Source: an uncultured Planctomycetota bacterium (GTDB lineage: Bacteria; Planctomycetota; Planctomycetia; Isosphaerales; Isosphaeraceae). From it: a DNA stretch of 64,000 bases. The DNA is taken from NCBI GenBank assembly GCA_963823665.1, contig CAWGMQ010000003.1:864001-928000 (forward strand), in the 5' to 3' direction. The translations under genes and the position numbers were made by a program. Shown here in pieces: positions 1 to 11,236 of this stretch (position 1 is the stretch's first letter; every line of letters begins with the position of its first letter). Under the pieces are notes generated by a model. It made no database searches. It was not told where the DNA came from and was given only the letters and a program-made list of their open reading frames with translations.

Positions 1-464
1 GACGGTCCCCGCCTCGGCAAAGAGCTTCGCACCGGCCGGCACTCGGAGCACAAGAATGGCGAGCCCCCACTGTAACGCCAGGCCCCAGAAAACCACACGT
101 CGCGAAATGGCGCGACGGTTGTCCGAAAGAAAAACCGCCACGGCCAGGATCATGATCATTCCCACGAAACCGCGCATGCGATCGAACAAGTCCAGGAAGT
201 CGAACGATTCGGGCACCGAAAAGTCCTGCGACCAGGGGCCGATGCTCAATCGATAAGTCCGCCGCGCTTCGTCCAGTTCACCCGCCGGCGCGGGCTCGCG
301 CTCGCCTTTTGTCTTCACGGCGGGATTCCGCGCTGTCGCGCCTGCGCCGAGACCTGCTCGGCGCTGTCGACTCCGCCTCGCTCGAGGGCCCAGGCTGCCG
401 CGCTACAGGCTGTGAGCGACACCGCTACGGCGATCAGCACGCGAATCGTATGCTTTTTGGGCAT
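1..464 (-). CDS. NupC/CNT-family nucleoside transporter, 5' part (runs off the window; one frameshift in the N-terminal extension)
   Basis: Manual minus-strand translation gives DRMRGFVGMIMILAVAVFLSDNRRAISRRVVFWGLALQWGLAILVLRVP, a typical CNT N-terminus. Directly downstream of pdp. ATG at 464 begins a signal-like segment in another frame. Confidence 0.8.
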
Positions 465-504
465 CCTGGATAACCTTTACGCGGGCCGATAGATCAAACA
501 TTGC

Positions 505-1864
505 TCATGCTGAGTTTCGCGAGCGCGACCCTTCCGGGGAGGCGGCGATACGCTCGACGACTAATGACGGCTGTTCCACCGGCCGCGGTCCGATCTGGAA
601 GGCTCCCTGGAAGAGAGCAAGCGCCTCTTCGAGCCGGGATTCGTCGTTGACAAGCACGGTGCAGAGCGATTCGCCTGCTCGAACCTCCGAGCCGGACTTC
701 TTGTGCAGGATCACGCCGACGGCCGGGTCGATCGCGCTGTCCATGCGGGCCCGGCCCGCACCCAGCAGCATGGTCGCGTGCCCCACCGGCCGCGCCTCGA
801 GCGATTTGAACGAACCCGCTCGCGCCGGCTTTGACCTCAACCTTCCGTCGAGCCGCCGGGAGGCGTGCAGGGTCGTCAACGGCTCGTGGATCGCCACCCT
901 GGGCCTGCACGAGGCTCCGGAACCGGTCCAGGGCCGATCCGTCGCTGATCGTCTGCTGGCACAGCGTGCGTGCCTGCGCCAGTGTGTCAGCCTTGCCCGC
1001 CAGCAAGACCATTTCGGCCGCCAGCTCGAGCGAAAGGCTCATGAGGTCGCTCGCCAGGGCACCGAGCCGGCAACGTCGCCTCTCAAGCATTCGATGCACT
1101 CGGCGACCTCGACGGCATTGCCCACCGCGCAGCCCAAGGGCTCGTCCATCCGCGTGATCAGGGCGACCATGTCTTTTCCCAGTCCCTGGCCGATTGCGCA
1201 CATGGCCTGCGCCAGAGCCCGCGAATCGTCCAGACGCTGCATGAAGGCGCCTTCGCCGGTCTTCACGTCGAGCACGAGGCCGTCGATCCCCTCAGCCAGC
1301 TTCTTGGACATGATCGACGCGGCGATCAGGGGAATCGACTCGACGGTGGCCGTTGTGTCTCGCAGGGCATAGAGAAACTTGTCCGCCGGCGCGATCTCAC
1401 GCGTCTGGCCGATCATCACCAGATCCGCACTTGGCGAGCACTTCTTGATACCGGTCGAGATCAAGGTCGACGCGAAATCCGGGAATCGACTCGAGTTTGT
1501 CGAGGGTGCCGCCGGTATGCCCCAGACCTCGTCCGGAGACCATCGGCACGCTCACGCCGGCGGCGGCGGCAACCGGAGCGAGAATGAGCGAGGTCTTGTC
1601 GCCGACCCCACCGGTGCTGTGCTTGTCGATCTTGCGCCCGGGAATGTGGGAAAGGTCGATCACTCGCCCCGATCGAATCATCGCGTCGGTGAGCGCAGCA
1701 GTCTCGGTCTCGTTCATGCCGCGCCAGAAGATCGCCATCAGGAGGGCGGCCCACTGATAGTCGGCAACTTCACCGGACGCACTCCCGGAGACCATGGCTT
1801 CGATCTCACCGGGAGAGAGTGTTTCTCCATCGCGCTTCTTGCGAATGATGTCGACGGCTCTCAT
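505..1864 (-). CDS. pdp: Pyrimidine-nucleoside/thymidine phosphorylase (frameshifted into about 4 ORF pieces)
   Basis: [70 protein letters not shown] across ORFs 1397-1864, 1039-1464, 494-1201 and 505-897. Confidence 0.92.
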
Positions 1865-2493
1865 CGATCCTCTGTTCCGAACTGACGGTCGCCGGCGTCA
1901 CCCAGGCCGGGATAAATGAACCCACGCTCGTTCAAGCGCTCGTCCACGGCGCCGACGTAAATCTGCACGTCGGGCATGACGCGGGCCATGAGGGCGATGC
2001 CCTCGGGAGCCGCGATCAACGACAGCAGCTTGAGCCGCGGCACGCCGGCGCTCTTGATGATCTCGCAGGCGTGAACCGCCGAGCCGCCGGTGGCGAGCAT
2101 CGGGTCGACGAGCAGGGCCACCGTCACGCGGCGGCCAGCCGGCAGCTTGTTGTAATACTCCTTGGGCATGAGGGTGGCCTCGTCCCGGTAGAGGCCGAGA
2201 TGCCAGACTTCGGCTTCCGGCAAGAGCTCCATGACCGCCTCGGCCATTCCCAGCCCGGCCCGCAGGATCGGAAAGATGCCTACCGAATCTTTGAGCATGC
2301 GGCACCGGGCTCTTGCCAGCGGCGTCGTCACCTCGGTTTCGACGACAGGCAAGTCGAGCATCGCCTCGTGCGCGAGCAGAAGCGCCAGCGTGCGCACCGC
2401 CCGGCGAAAATCCGCCGGCTGCGTGCACTCGTCGCGGAGCGTCGCCAGCTTGTGCTGCAAAAGCGGGTGCGAGGAAACGACGACGTTCGACAA
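1861..2493 (-). CDS. upp: Uracil phosphoribosyltransferase
   Basis: [46 protein letters not shown]. Likely TTG start at 2493. Confidence 0.95.
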   Translation of the reverse strand: MSNVVVSSHPLLQHKLATLRDECTQPADFRRAVRTLALLLAHEAMLDLPVVETEVTTPLARARCRMLKDSVGIFPILRAGLGMAEAVMELLPEAEVWHLGLYRDEATLMPKEYYNKLPAGRRVTVALLVDPMLATGGSAVHACEIIKSAGVPRLKLLSLIAAPEGIALMARVMPDVQIYVGAVDERLNERGFIYPGLGDAGDRQFGTEDR

Positions 2494-2829
2494 CGAGCGG
2501 TCCTCTCCGAGACGGATTCTCGAGCGGCGTTCTAGCCCGACCTTGCGCGGCTCACTGCCACGCGTTCCGGGACAGAATGTCCCAGAATCGAGGCCGATCT
2601 CCTGATCCGAGCCGGGGATATGGTACACCAGGCGAAGCCTCGCGGCAAATGGCCTGATCCGCGATCACTCGAGTCGTCCTTTCGCACTAGGCAGCCAACG
2701 ACTTACGTACGGACACGGCGCCTGCCGCTGCGCGGCTAGTCTTGTCGAATCGCGCATTGCATCCTACACTGGCCTGCGTGCGAGAGGAGGCGGGGAACGC
2801 CTTCCCGGGGTCCTTTCGTCGTTTCAAGG

Positions 2830-3828
2830 ATGGCGCAAACGATGGCGGTTCAATTCGCGGTGCTCGCCAGCGGGTCTCGAGGAAATTCCACGTTGATTTG
2901 CGGCAAAGGAGCTGGGCTTCTCATCGATGTGGGAGTCGGGCCCAAGATTCTGGGCGAACGCCTCGAAAGTGTCGGTTCGAGCTGGTCGCGGATCGCCGCG
3001 GTCGTGCTCACGCACACCCACGCCGATCATGTCGACTCGGCCACTTTCAGCGAGCTCGCCCGCCGCGGGGTGACCGTGCACTGCCATGACGGCCATCGCC
3101 AGGCCCTGGCCCAGGACCCCGGTTTCAAAAAACTCGAGCAGAGCGGCGCGGTCCGCTGCTATGACGACCACCCTTTCCTCGTATCGAACGGGCTGCGCCT
3201 CGAGCCGATCGAAGTGCCGCATGATGGCGGCCCGACATTCGGTTTTCGCATCGAAGCCTCCTCCGAGCGCCGCGAGCCGCCGGTCGGCATCGGCTATCTG
3301 GCCGATTGCGGCTGCTGGTCGCCAACGATCGCCGAGAGCCTCGCCGGAGTTGACCTGATCGGCCTGGAATTCAACCACGACGTGGCCTTGCAGAAATCGT
3401 CCCGCCGGCCGGACTTTCTGATCGAACGAAACCTGAGCGATTCCGGACATCTCTCGAACGCCCAGGCCGCGGAGCTGCTCCAGGCGATTCTCGAGCGCTC
3501 GCACGAGGGAGCCCCGCGGCACGTGGTGCTGCTGCACTTGAGCGAAGATTGCAATCAAGCCGAGCTGGCGCTCGAGACCGCGCATGCGGCCATCGAAAGC
3601 TCCGGCCGCGAGGCACAGGTGCATATCGGCCGCCAATCGGTCGCCTCGCCCAGCATCTTGATCAGCGCCGGTCGCGGGCGAGGACGCGGATTCGGTCTGG
3701 CCGCCGGCGCACCACCGACGGCGCGCGTCCGAAAACGCCCCGCACAGAAGAGCGGCATGCCCGGTCCGTCCGGTCTCCTGCGCCTGGATCCGGAGCCTGA
3801 CCAGGAAAGCTTCGCCGCGGAGATCTAG
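2830..3828 (+). CDS. MBL-fold metallo-hydrolase (YycJ/WalJ-like)
   Basis: LASGSRGNS, THTHADH, PHD, LEFNHD, GHLSN and LLHLSEDCN motifs. Confidence 0.88.
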   Translation: MAQTMAVQFAVLASGSRGNSTLICGKGAGLLIDVGVGPKILGERLESVGSSWSRIAAVVLTHTHADHVDSATFSELARRGVTVHCHDGHRQALAQDPGFKKLEQSGAVRCYDDHPFLVSNGLRLEPIEVPHDGGPTFGFRIEASSERREPPVGIGYLADCGCWSPTIAESLAGVDLIGLEFNHDVALQKSSRRPDFLIERNLSDSGHLSNAQAAELLQAILERSHEGAPRHVVLLHLSEDCNQAELALETAHAAIESSGREAQVHIGRQSVASPSILISAGRGRGRGFGLAAGAPPTARVRKRPAQKSGMPGPSGLLRLDPEPDQESFAAEI

Positions 3829-3833
3829 CGATC

Positions 3834-4598
3834 GTGGCGCATTATTTCGCGAGCGACGTGCACTTGCGATTCGATCGACCGGATCGCGACCGGCGATTCA
3901 GCCAGTGGCTTACCTCCTTGACACCCGACGACGCTCTCCTCCTCGCCGGTGATCTCTGCGATTTCTGGATGGCCGCCCGGTACGGCCCGCCCGACCTGAT
4001 GCGCTCCGAAAGTCTCGCGCGCCTGGCCGAATTCCGGCGCCGCGGCGGTAGCCTTTCGATCATGCCGGGCAATCACGACGCCTGGCTCTGCCCGTTTTAC
4101 GCGAGCGAGCTGGGCGCGAAGATCGTCCCCGATCCCTTCGACATCACCGTTGCCGGACTGCGCCTGCGCATCGTGCACGGCCATCAGCTCGGAGCCAGGC
4201 GGGCCTGGAAGGCACTTCTGGAAAGCCGTTCGTTCTTCAGAGCCTTCGGCCATGTGCCCTTGACCCCCGCCCGCTTCCTCGACACCCTCCTCGCGCGGAA
4301 CAACGACCGGAAGCTCCTTTCCGACGAGGAACGGCACCTGCAAGTCTACCGCACCTACGCGTCCAGACTCCGCGGAACGACAGACCTGGTGATGATCGGC
4401 CACGTGCATCGGGCGGTCGACGACTCCCGGAACGACCCGCGCTTGATCGTTCTCGGAGGTTGGCAGGCGAGATCCAGCTATCTCAAGGTCGATGAAAGAG
4501 GTGCTACTTTTCACGTGATTGAGGATCGCGACCCGCACTGCCCACCAAACCCCCTTTCGAGCACCGCCAGCGCAAGCCCACAAGGCCAGGTTTCATGA
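3834..4598 (+). CDS. Calcineurin-like metallophosphoesterase, LpxH/UDP-2,3-diacylglucosamine hydrolase-like
   Basis: SDVHL, GDLCDFW, GNHD, HGH, GHVH, LGGW. Confidence 0.8.
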   Translation: MAHYFASDVHLRFDRPDRDRRFSQWLTSLTPDDALLLAGDLCDFWMAARYGPPDLMRSESLARLAEFRRRGGSLSIMPGNHDAWLCPFYASELGAKIVPDPFDITVAGLRLRIVHGHQLGARRAWKALLESRSFFRAFGHVPLTPARFLDTLLARNNDRKLLSDEERHLQVYRTYASRLRGTTDLVMIGHVHRAVDDSRNDPRLIVLGGWQARSSYLKVDERGATFHVIEDRDPHCPPNPLSSTASASPQGQVS

Positions 4599-5230
4599 AG
4601 ATTGATCATCACATTCATACTGCACGTCATTCCCCCGATAGCTCGATCCGTCCGGCGCACCTCGTTGAACGTGCGTGCGGCATCGGTCTTGATGGAGTTG
4701 TGATCACCGAGCACGACTACCAGTGGCAGGACGACGAGCTTGCCGATCTGGCGGAGGGTGCGCCCTCGCTGCGTGTCTTTTCGGGCGCCGAGATCTCGGC
4801 CCGCGAGGGCCACTTCCTGGTCTACGGCCTGCCTTCTCTCGACGAGACGCCACCGGGGATTCTCGTCAAGGATTTGATCGCAGTCGTTCGCCGGCATGAG
4901 GCCGCGATCGTGGCGGCCCACCCGTTCCGGTGGGACCAGCCGTTTGACGAGATCATCGAGGAAAATGGCCCGCAGTTCGACGCCCTTGAGCTCGTGAGCA
5001 ACAACATCGACCGGCACACACGCGCCAAGACCCGCGCACTCTTGAACAAGTTTCCCATGGGTGCGACCGGCTCGAGCGATGCGCACGAAATCGACGTGGT
5101 AGGCTGTTACTTCACCGAGTTTCCCGGCCGGATCGAAACGATGGCGGAATTCGTCACGGCGATTCGGAATCGCCAGGGACGGCCTGGAAACCGTGCGGGG
5201 GTGTTCCTTTCGAGCGGGCCGGTTGATTGA
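4595..5230 (+). CDS. PHP-domain metal-dependent phosphoesterase
   Basis: DHHIHT, ITEHD, AAHPFR, GSSDAH. ATGA overlap with the upstream gene. Confidence 0.88.
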   Translation: MKIDHHIHTARHSPDSSIRPAHLVERACGIGLDGVVITEHDYQWQDDELADLAEGAPSLRVFSGAEISAREGHFLVYGLPSLDETPPGILVKDLIAVVRRHEAAIVAAHPFRWDQPFDEIIEENGPQFDALELVSNNIDRHTRAKTRALLNKFPMGATGSSDAHEIDVVGCYFTEFPGRIETMAEFVTAIRNRQGRPGNRAGVFLSSGPVD

Positions 5231-5363
5231 GTGGCTGGATTCCGGTTCAATTCGTTGATGAATTCAGCGATGAACCCGCCCCCGCCGCATCCGGAATCTG
5301 CCAGCCTGTTCGTCGTATACTGGCAATCGACAAATCTCGCTTGCAAATCCGGAGGAGGCCCAT

Positions 5364-5849
5364 ATGCCCGCCGCGAAGCCGGACCGACGAACGAAGCCGG
5401 CGTCCGTTGCACCCACCGGTCCCGCGCGACGAAACCGAGCCAAACCGAAATCACCGGCGGCTCGCTTTTCAATTTCCGCAACCATCAAAAGCAGGACCGA
5501 GTCCGGCGCGCCGGAGGTTACGGCGTCGGCCCGATTCGTTTCGGAGGTCCGGCCCGGCCTGAGCGTGACCCGCGAGTTCTTTGCGCGGATGACTGGCTTC
5601 TCGATCCGGGCAATCTCAGGTTGGGAAGCGGGTCGTCCGCTCAGCGAGACGGCATTGCGCCGCGTCAAGGAGATGAAACGACTCCGCGACGCCTTGGCCG
5701 ATGGACTGGATCCCAGATTCATTGCGCGGTGGCTGGATTCGCCGTGTGATGGCCTGGCCGGCTTGAAGCCGGTGGAAGTTCTCGAGCGCGGCGAAGTCGA
5801 CCGCCTCTGGCGAACCGTCTTCTTGATCGGCTCCGGCATGCCCGCCTGA
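5364..5849 (+). CDS. XRE-HTH plus Xre/MbcA/ParS-type antitoxin-like protein
   Basis: HTH 'FARMTGFSIRAISGWEAG' followed by 'WLDSPCDGLAGLKPVEVL', a MbcA/ParS-like C-terminal signature. Confidence 0.7.
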   Translation: MPAAKPDRRTKPASVAPTGPARRNRAKPKSPAARFSISATIKSRTESGAPEVTASARFVSEVRPGLSVTREFFARMTGFSIRAISGWEAGRPLSETALRRVKEMKRLRDALADGLDPRFIARWLDSPCDGLAGLKPVEVLERGEVDRLWRTVFLIGSGMPA

Positions 5850-5856
5850 GAGCCCA

Positions 5857-6452
5857 CTATTCCCCAACAAACGATCCTTCCCCCAGGATTGCCTGAAGGT
5901 GATGGCGGCGCTTTGCCCACGATTTGTCGTCAAGCACCGGGACGACTCCGCTCGTCGCGAGAGGCTCTTCCAGCTTGACCCAGGTCTTGCAGCCTGCATA
6001 TTCCGCCATCATCGGCATCTCGAAACCCGGCTCGTGGCGCCACACCCGGGCACCCAGAACCCACAGGCCCGGCTTCCGGTAATGAAACCGCTTGAGCACT
6101 GTCTCGGCTGTCAGGATGTGATGGTCTTCCAGCGCCGGAAGTCGTTGCTCGCTTTCAAGATAGCCCATAAGATCAACGCGGATCAGGCCCTCGACGGGAA
6201 CCGTGCCATCGCACGGCTGCGCAGCCGGCCGTCGGGCACCCAAGTGACTTTCTCGCACGCCTTGCTCGGCCTGGTGAACCCATGTCGGGTACAGCCAGAA
6301 CTCCGAATGCTCAGGCACGAATGTGCCGGGTGCTGGCCCTCGCTGATCCCTCCCTTGCGCAAGATGATCGTCTGCCGGCCGGCCAGCAAGGCGTCGCAAA
6401 CGCTGGCCCATTCCTTGAAGGCTATCGCGCAAGATTCGCCGCTCCGGCTCAT
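5857..6452 (-). CDS. DUF1802 family protein (frameshifted)
   Basis: AFKEWASVCDALLAGRQTIILRKGGISEG, continued in another frame by FWLYPTWVHQ...YAGCKTWV. Confidence 0.82.
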
Positions 6453-7446
6453 GATGGCGACTCCACCTTGGCGCGCGCACCATCAGGTCGCCCACCGCCG
6501 CCCGGGGCGACTTGCCCTCGAACAGCACCTGATAAAGCTCGGCGGTGATCGGCATCTCGACGCCGCGCTCCTGCGCCAGCGAGTGCACGCTACGAGTTGT
6601 TGGCACACCTTCGGCGACGTTGACCATGCTCGCCAGCACGCGCTCGACTGCTTCGCCGCGGCCGATTCGCTCGCCGACGAATCTGTTCCGCCCGAACGGG
6701 CTATAACAAGTCGTCACGACGTCACCCACGCCGGCAAGTCCGTAGAACGTCTCCAGCCGTGCCCCAAGCTCAACGCCGAGCCGGGCGATCTCCACCAGCC
6801 CGCGGGTGAGGAGTGCCGCCTTGCCGTTATCGCCGATCTCGAGCCCGTCGCAGATGCCTGCGGCGATCCCCAGAATATTCTTGAGCGCACCCGCGAGCTC
6901 CACACCCAGCGGGTCCGTGCTGGTGTAGACTCGAAACGCCTCATGGCTCAAAGCGTCTCGCACGCGATCGTTCAGCGATTGCGTCTCGCCGGAGACGACC
7001 ACCGAAGCCGGCAAGCCTCGCGCCAGCTCTTCGGCATGGCTGGGCCCGGAAAGCACGGCGATCGCCCGGCGACCGAGCGTCTGCTCGATGATCTGGCTCG
7101 GCCGGGCGAACGACCCATACTCGATGCCCTTCACCACGCTCAGAACGGGTGTTTCCGCCGGAAGCTCTGCGGCCAGCACCTCGAGCGTTGTGCGCAGGTA
7201 GGAGGTCGGCACGGCCGCCACCATCAGATCGGCCCCAGCCGCGGCGTCCGCCGCACGCGACGTCACCAGGACGCCATCAGGCAGAGCCACCCCCGGCAGG
7301 TGGCGCGCATTGATCCGCGTGCGCACCAGTGCTTCGGCATGCTCGCGATCACGAGACCAGAGCCGGACGTCGCCGATAGTCCGCTTGAACAAGAGCGCAA
7401 GGGCCGTGCCCATGCCACCCGCACCCAGGATCGCCACCCGATTCAT
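6449..7446 (-). CDS. gpsA: NAD(P)H-dependent glycerol-3-phosphate dehydrogenase
   Basis: VAILGAGGMGTALA, LSGPSHAEE, GVELAGALKN, GLAGVGDVVTTC, AEGVPT. A 3' frameshift fuses it to DUF1802 in the ORF track. Confidence 0.93.
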
Positions 7447-7801
7447 CAGCGCGCCACCAACAGGATCGCTGCTTTCGCCCAGCACAAGTTCCGGTCTTGT
7501 ACGTGCGACTGTTTCCAGGCGAATTCGCGATCACGCCCATTATACGCTCTGATGGGCCGAGGGGTGTGGAGCATGCCATGTGCCGCGCGCAATGCCTTAC
7601 GCCGTAACTACATTCGTCGCCCGAATGCATTCATTCAAGCGCGGTCTGATCAGGCGTGGAAGCCAATCCGAGTTCGCGCCGGAGGGTCGCAGGGCTATGA
7701 TGAGGGGAGGACGATCGACGACGTTCCGCGGTACTCCCGTCAGTTATCCTATCGTAATTTAATGGTGAGAGCGGCGTATCGCCGGGCTGCGATTGCGTCG
7801 C

Positions 7802-9408
7802 ATGGGTTTTTCGGAGGTCTGCATGGCCATCGGCCTCGAGTCACTCGCTATCGAGTTCGGAGCAGCGGAGGTGCTGCGCAACGCCCCAACGGCGATCTTG
7901 TATGAGCACGCAATTGTGCGAGAGAAGGCAGCCATCCTTTCCTCGGGCGCGCTGGCGACTTATTCCGGCGAAAAGACCGGCCGCAGCCCGCTCGACAAGC
8001 GAATCGTCGATAACCCCGAGAGCACGAGCGAGATCTGGTGGGGGAATGTCAACATACCCGCGAGCGACTCGAGCTTTCTCGCCTGCCGGCAGCAAGCCCT
8101 CGATCACCTCTGTTCGCTGGAGCTCGGTCTACGTCGTCGACGGTTTTGCCGGGTGGGACCCGGAATACCGGATCAAGGTGCGCGTCGTGTGCGCACGGGC
8201 TTATCATGCGCTCTTCATGCACAACCTCTTGATCCGGCCGAGCGATGCAGGAGCTCGAAGATTTCGGCGAGCCCGACCTGGTGATCTTTAACGCGGGCGA
8301 CCAGCGCGCGGACCGTCGCATCGAAGGCGTCTCCTCGGGCACCAGCGTGATGCTCAACCTCGAGCGCCGTGCACTGGTGCTTCTTGGCACCAACTACGCC
8401 GGCGAGATGAAGAAGGGCGTTTTCACCGCGATGAACTACTGGATGCCACAGAGCGGCATTCTCTCGATGCACTGCAGCGCCAACCAGGGCGCGCGGGGCG
8501 ACACGACGCTCTTCTTCGGTCTCTCGGGAACGGGAAAGACCACGCTGTCGTCCGATCCTCGCCGCCGCTTGATCGGTGACGACGAACATTGCTGGAGTGG
8601 CAACGGCGTCTTCAATATCGAAGGAGGGTGCTACGCCAAGTGCCTGGGGCTCTCGCAGGAACAAGAACCGCAAATCTACGGCGCAATCCGGTTCGGCGCT
8701 GTGCTCGAGAACGTGGTTCACGACCCGCTCTCTCGTGCGCCCGACTACAACGATCGGTCGCTTACCGAGAACACCCGCGCCTGCTACCCCATCGAGCACA
8801 TTTACAATGCGCTCGTGCCCTGCGTCAGCGGGCACCCGCAGAATATCATTTTTCTGACCTGCGACGCCTTCGGCGTGCTGCCGCCGGTGAGCCGGTTGAC
8901 CCCCGAGCAGGCAACCTACCATTTCCTGAGCGGATACACCGCCAAGGTCGCTGGAACCGAGGTGGGCGTCGCCGCGCCCCAGGCCACGTTCTCCGCATGC
9001 TTCGGCGCCGCGTTCTTGGTCCTGCACCCCACTCGTTACGGGGCGTTCCTCGCCGACAAGATCCGCATTCACAAGGCACAGGCGTGGCTCGTCAACACCG
9101 GCTGGACCGGGGGGCCGTACGGCGTCGGCTCGCGAATCAAACTGGGCTACACCCGCGCGATCATCGACGCGATTCACGACGGCTCGCTGCTCCAAGTGCC
9201 GGCTGTGCAAGACAACCGCTGGAAGCTCCAGATTCCCACGTCCTGCCCCGGGGTGCCCGCTCAACTGCTGCAGCCGCGCGACTCGTGGCGAGATCCGCAT
9301 GCGTACGAACAAGCCGCCGATCAGCTCGCGGCACTCTTTCGACAGAATTTCGAAAGGAACTTCGGGGCGGCGTCGGATGGGTCGCGCGAAAGCAATCCGG
9401 CGATTTGA
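7802..9408 (+). CDS. pckA: Phosphoenolpyruvate carboxykinase (ATP), frameshifted near 8110-8250
   Basis: [59 protein letters not shown]. Confidence 0.95.
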
Positions 9409-9580
9409 GCCGTCCGTTCCTCACGGTTCGGTGGATGACGGACGTGCGGGATCGACGCTCTCGAGCCGCGAGAGCGACCGGTCGATCTCGGCTTCCACTT
9501 CACCGAGGGGGATTCTCCGTGTGCATGCCGCTCGCTCGTCAAGGAATCGCGTCGGTGTTGCTGACCGGTGTGATGTCCGG

Positions 9581-10969
9581 CTACCAGACCGACACCGCGA
9601 TCGTCACGTCCGCCAGGCCCTCTCCGCGTCTGACGAGGTGTTCGACCAACCGAGAATTCTTGGCGGCAGCAACATTCAGAGTGATGGCCTCTGTCGGTGC
9701 GTTGCTCCACACGAATCGCCCGTCGGCATCGGTCTTGCCCCTCCAGCCAAGCCGGTCAAAGCCGGTGAGCTTGACCTCAGGGATAACGATAGCGCCGACC
9801 ACTGGCTTGCCGTCACCATCGACAACCCGTCCGCGGATGCTGCGGCCTTTACTGAGCCGAAACACGAACGAGGGCGTACACGGGCCGGCTTTGTTAACCT
9901 GGTTTGCATCAATCGAGACTGCTGGGCCGCCGGCTTCCAACGGAGCAGCTGGCAGTGGCTCGTGTTCGGGATCAGGAGGGCCGAAGCGCACCTCCTTCAC
10001 GCCGGCCGCGAAGCCCGGCACTTTGACGGTCACCATCGAAATGCCCGCCGGACAGTTCTCGAAGCGGAAATGCCCGGCTGCGTCAGTTTTCTGGCGAATG
10101 CGCGGGGTCGGATCCTCGGATTCAAGCTCTTGTAAAATCTGAGCGTCATAAACCCGGGACCAAGGGAACAGGCCGTGATGACGCGGAGGTTCCTTCGAAC
10201 TCCAGAACGTGACGGCAGCTCCCGTAACAGCCTCTCCACGCTCGTTCATAACCTCGCCGCTCAGGGTGAATCCCTTCTGAAGCACGACGACTGCCCTCAT
10301 CGCACGAAGATCCTTGATCGACAGTGCCCGGTCGAACGCCCAACGGTTGCTCACGAAGCCCGAATGCTCAACGCGGAAGTTGAGCTTCCCGCGCTCGACC
10401 GACGCCGGAAGGAGTGCGCTGCCCCACCGGCCCTCGGAATCGCTCACGAGAGAGCGAGTCGGAGGCATAGATGGTGTTTCGGTTTTTTCGACCTGAAAAT
10501 CGTGCGAGAACCTGCCCACGAAAAGCCTCGCTCCGGCGACCGGCCGGCCCTCCTCGTCGCGAACGAGACCGCCGATCGGCGCACCTCGATCCAAAACCAA
10601 CGTGTAGCTGGCGGGCACGCCCGGCTCCCTCGGACCATCCAGCCAGCCTAGCCGAATGGGCACGAATCCCTCTTTCCAGGATTGGATCACAAAATACTCG
10701 ACTTGGTCCTTGCGCGGAGGGACTGGCACGGTGCAACGGCCAAGGTTGTCGGTTGTGGCTCGGAAATCCTTGGTGCCGTCGGGATTCGACAGGATTGTAA
10801 TCTCGACCCGTGCGACAGGCTGCTTGGTCCCCCGATCCATCACAGACAGTTCCAGGACGCGATCTCGTGAGCTCAAAGCCTCGCGCGGAGAAGCCTTCTG
10901 TTCGGCGGCGACTGATTCGAGGGAGAGCACGAGCACCAGACCAGCGAAAGCCGTCCATGATTTGCCCAT
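9581..10969 (-). CDS. Secreted protein with repeated carboxypeptidase-regulatory-like (CarboxypepD_reg) beta-sandwich domains
   Basis: Signal-like N-terminus and repeated 'G.V.D..G.PV.GA...TD..GRF' units. Confidence 0.75.
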   Translation of the reverse strand: MGKSWTAFAGLVLVLSLESVAAEQKASPREALSSRDRVLELSVMDRGTKQPVARVEITILSNPDGTKDFRATTDNLGRCTVPVPPRKDQVEYFVIQSWKEGFVPIRLGWLDGPREPGVPASYTLVLDRGAPIGGLVRDEEGRPVAGARLFVGRFSHDFQVEKTETPSMPPTRSLVSDSEGRWGSALLPASVERGKLNFRVEHSGFVSNRWAFDRALSIKDLRAMRAVVVLQKGFTLSGEVMNERGEAVTGAAVTFWSSKEPPRHHGLFPWSRVYDAQILQELESEDPTPRIRQKTDAAGHFRFENCPAGISMVTVKVPGFAAGVKEVRFGPPDPEHEPLPAAPLEAGGPAVSIDANQVNKAGPCTPSFVFRLSKGRSIRGRVVDGDGKPVVGAIVIPEVKLTGFDRLGWRGKTDADGRFVWSNAPTEAITLNVAAAKNSRLVEHLVRRGEGLADVTIAVSVW

Positions 10970-11236
10970 CGCCGACTCCTTTCGCTTGACTATTCGCATC
11001 AAATGCTTACTGCTGAGTCTAGCTGCAGAGAAGGATTTCCAAAACACCGGATTGCCCAACGAACAGCACAACCCGCAGGTCCGTAGGCTCGCACGTATTC
11101 GGCTGTGATCCGACCCAGGCTTGAGGGCGTGATTCCGTTATGCCCCTCAGAGACGGATTGAGCACCTTCGATCGCCCGACCAAGACGCCGAAATCGACCG
11201 CGCTCGTTGCCTCCGAGTTCGACGGTGAGCTGGGCT

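Noticed and set aside
5857..7485. Apparent 542-aa GpsA-DUF1802 fusion
   Set aside because: It is produced by two frameshifts. DUF1802 has its own ATG at 6452, overlapping the probable gpsA stop.
5899..7905. 668-aa plus-strand ORF and many similar long shadow ORFs (e.g. 24514-26043, 29518-30855, 47214-48518)
   Set aside because: They are antisense to well-supported genes, expected in high-GC DNA, and show no motifs.
7793..8300. Programmed frameshifting in pckA or pdp
   Set aside because: No slippery sites were evident, and indels are scattered across many unrelated genes.
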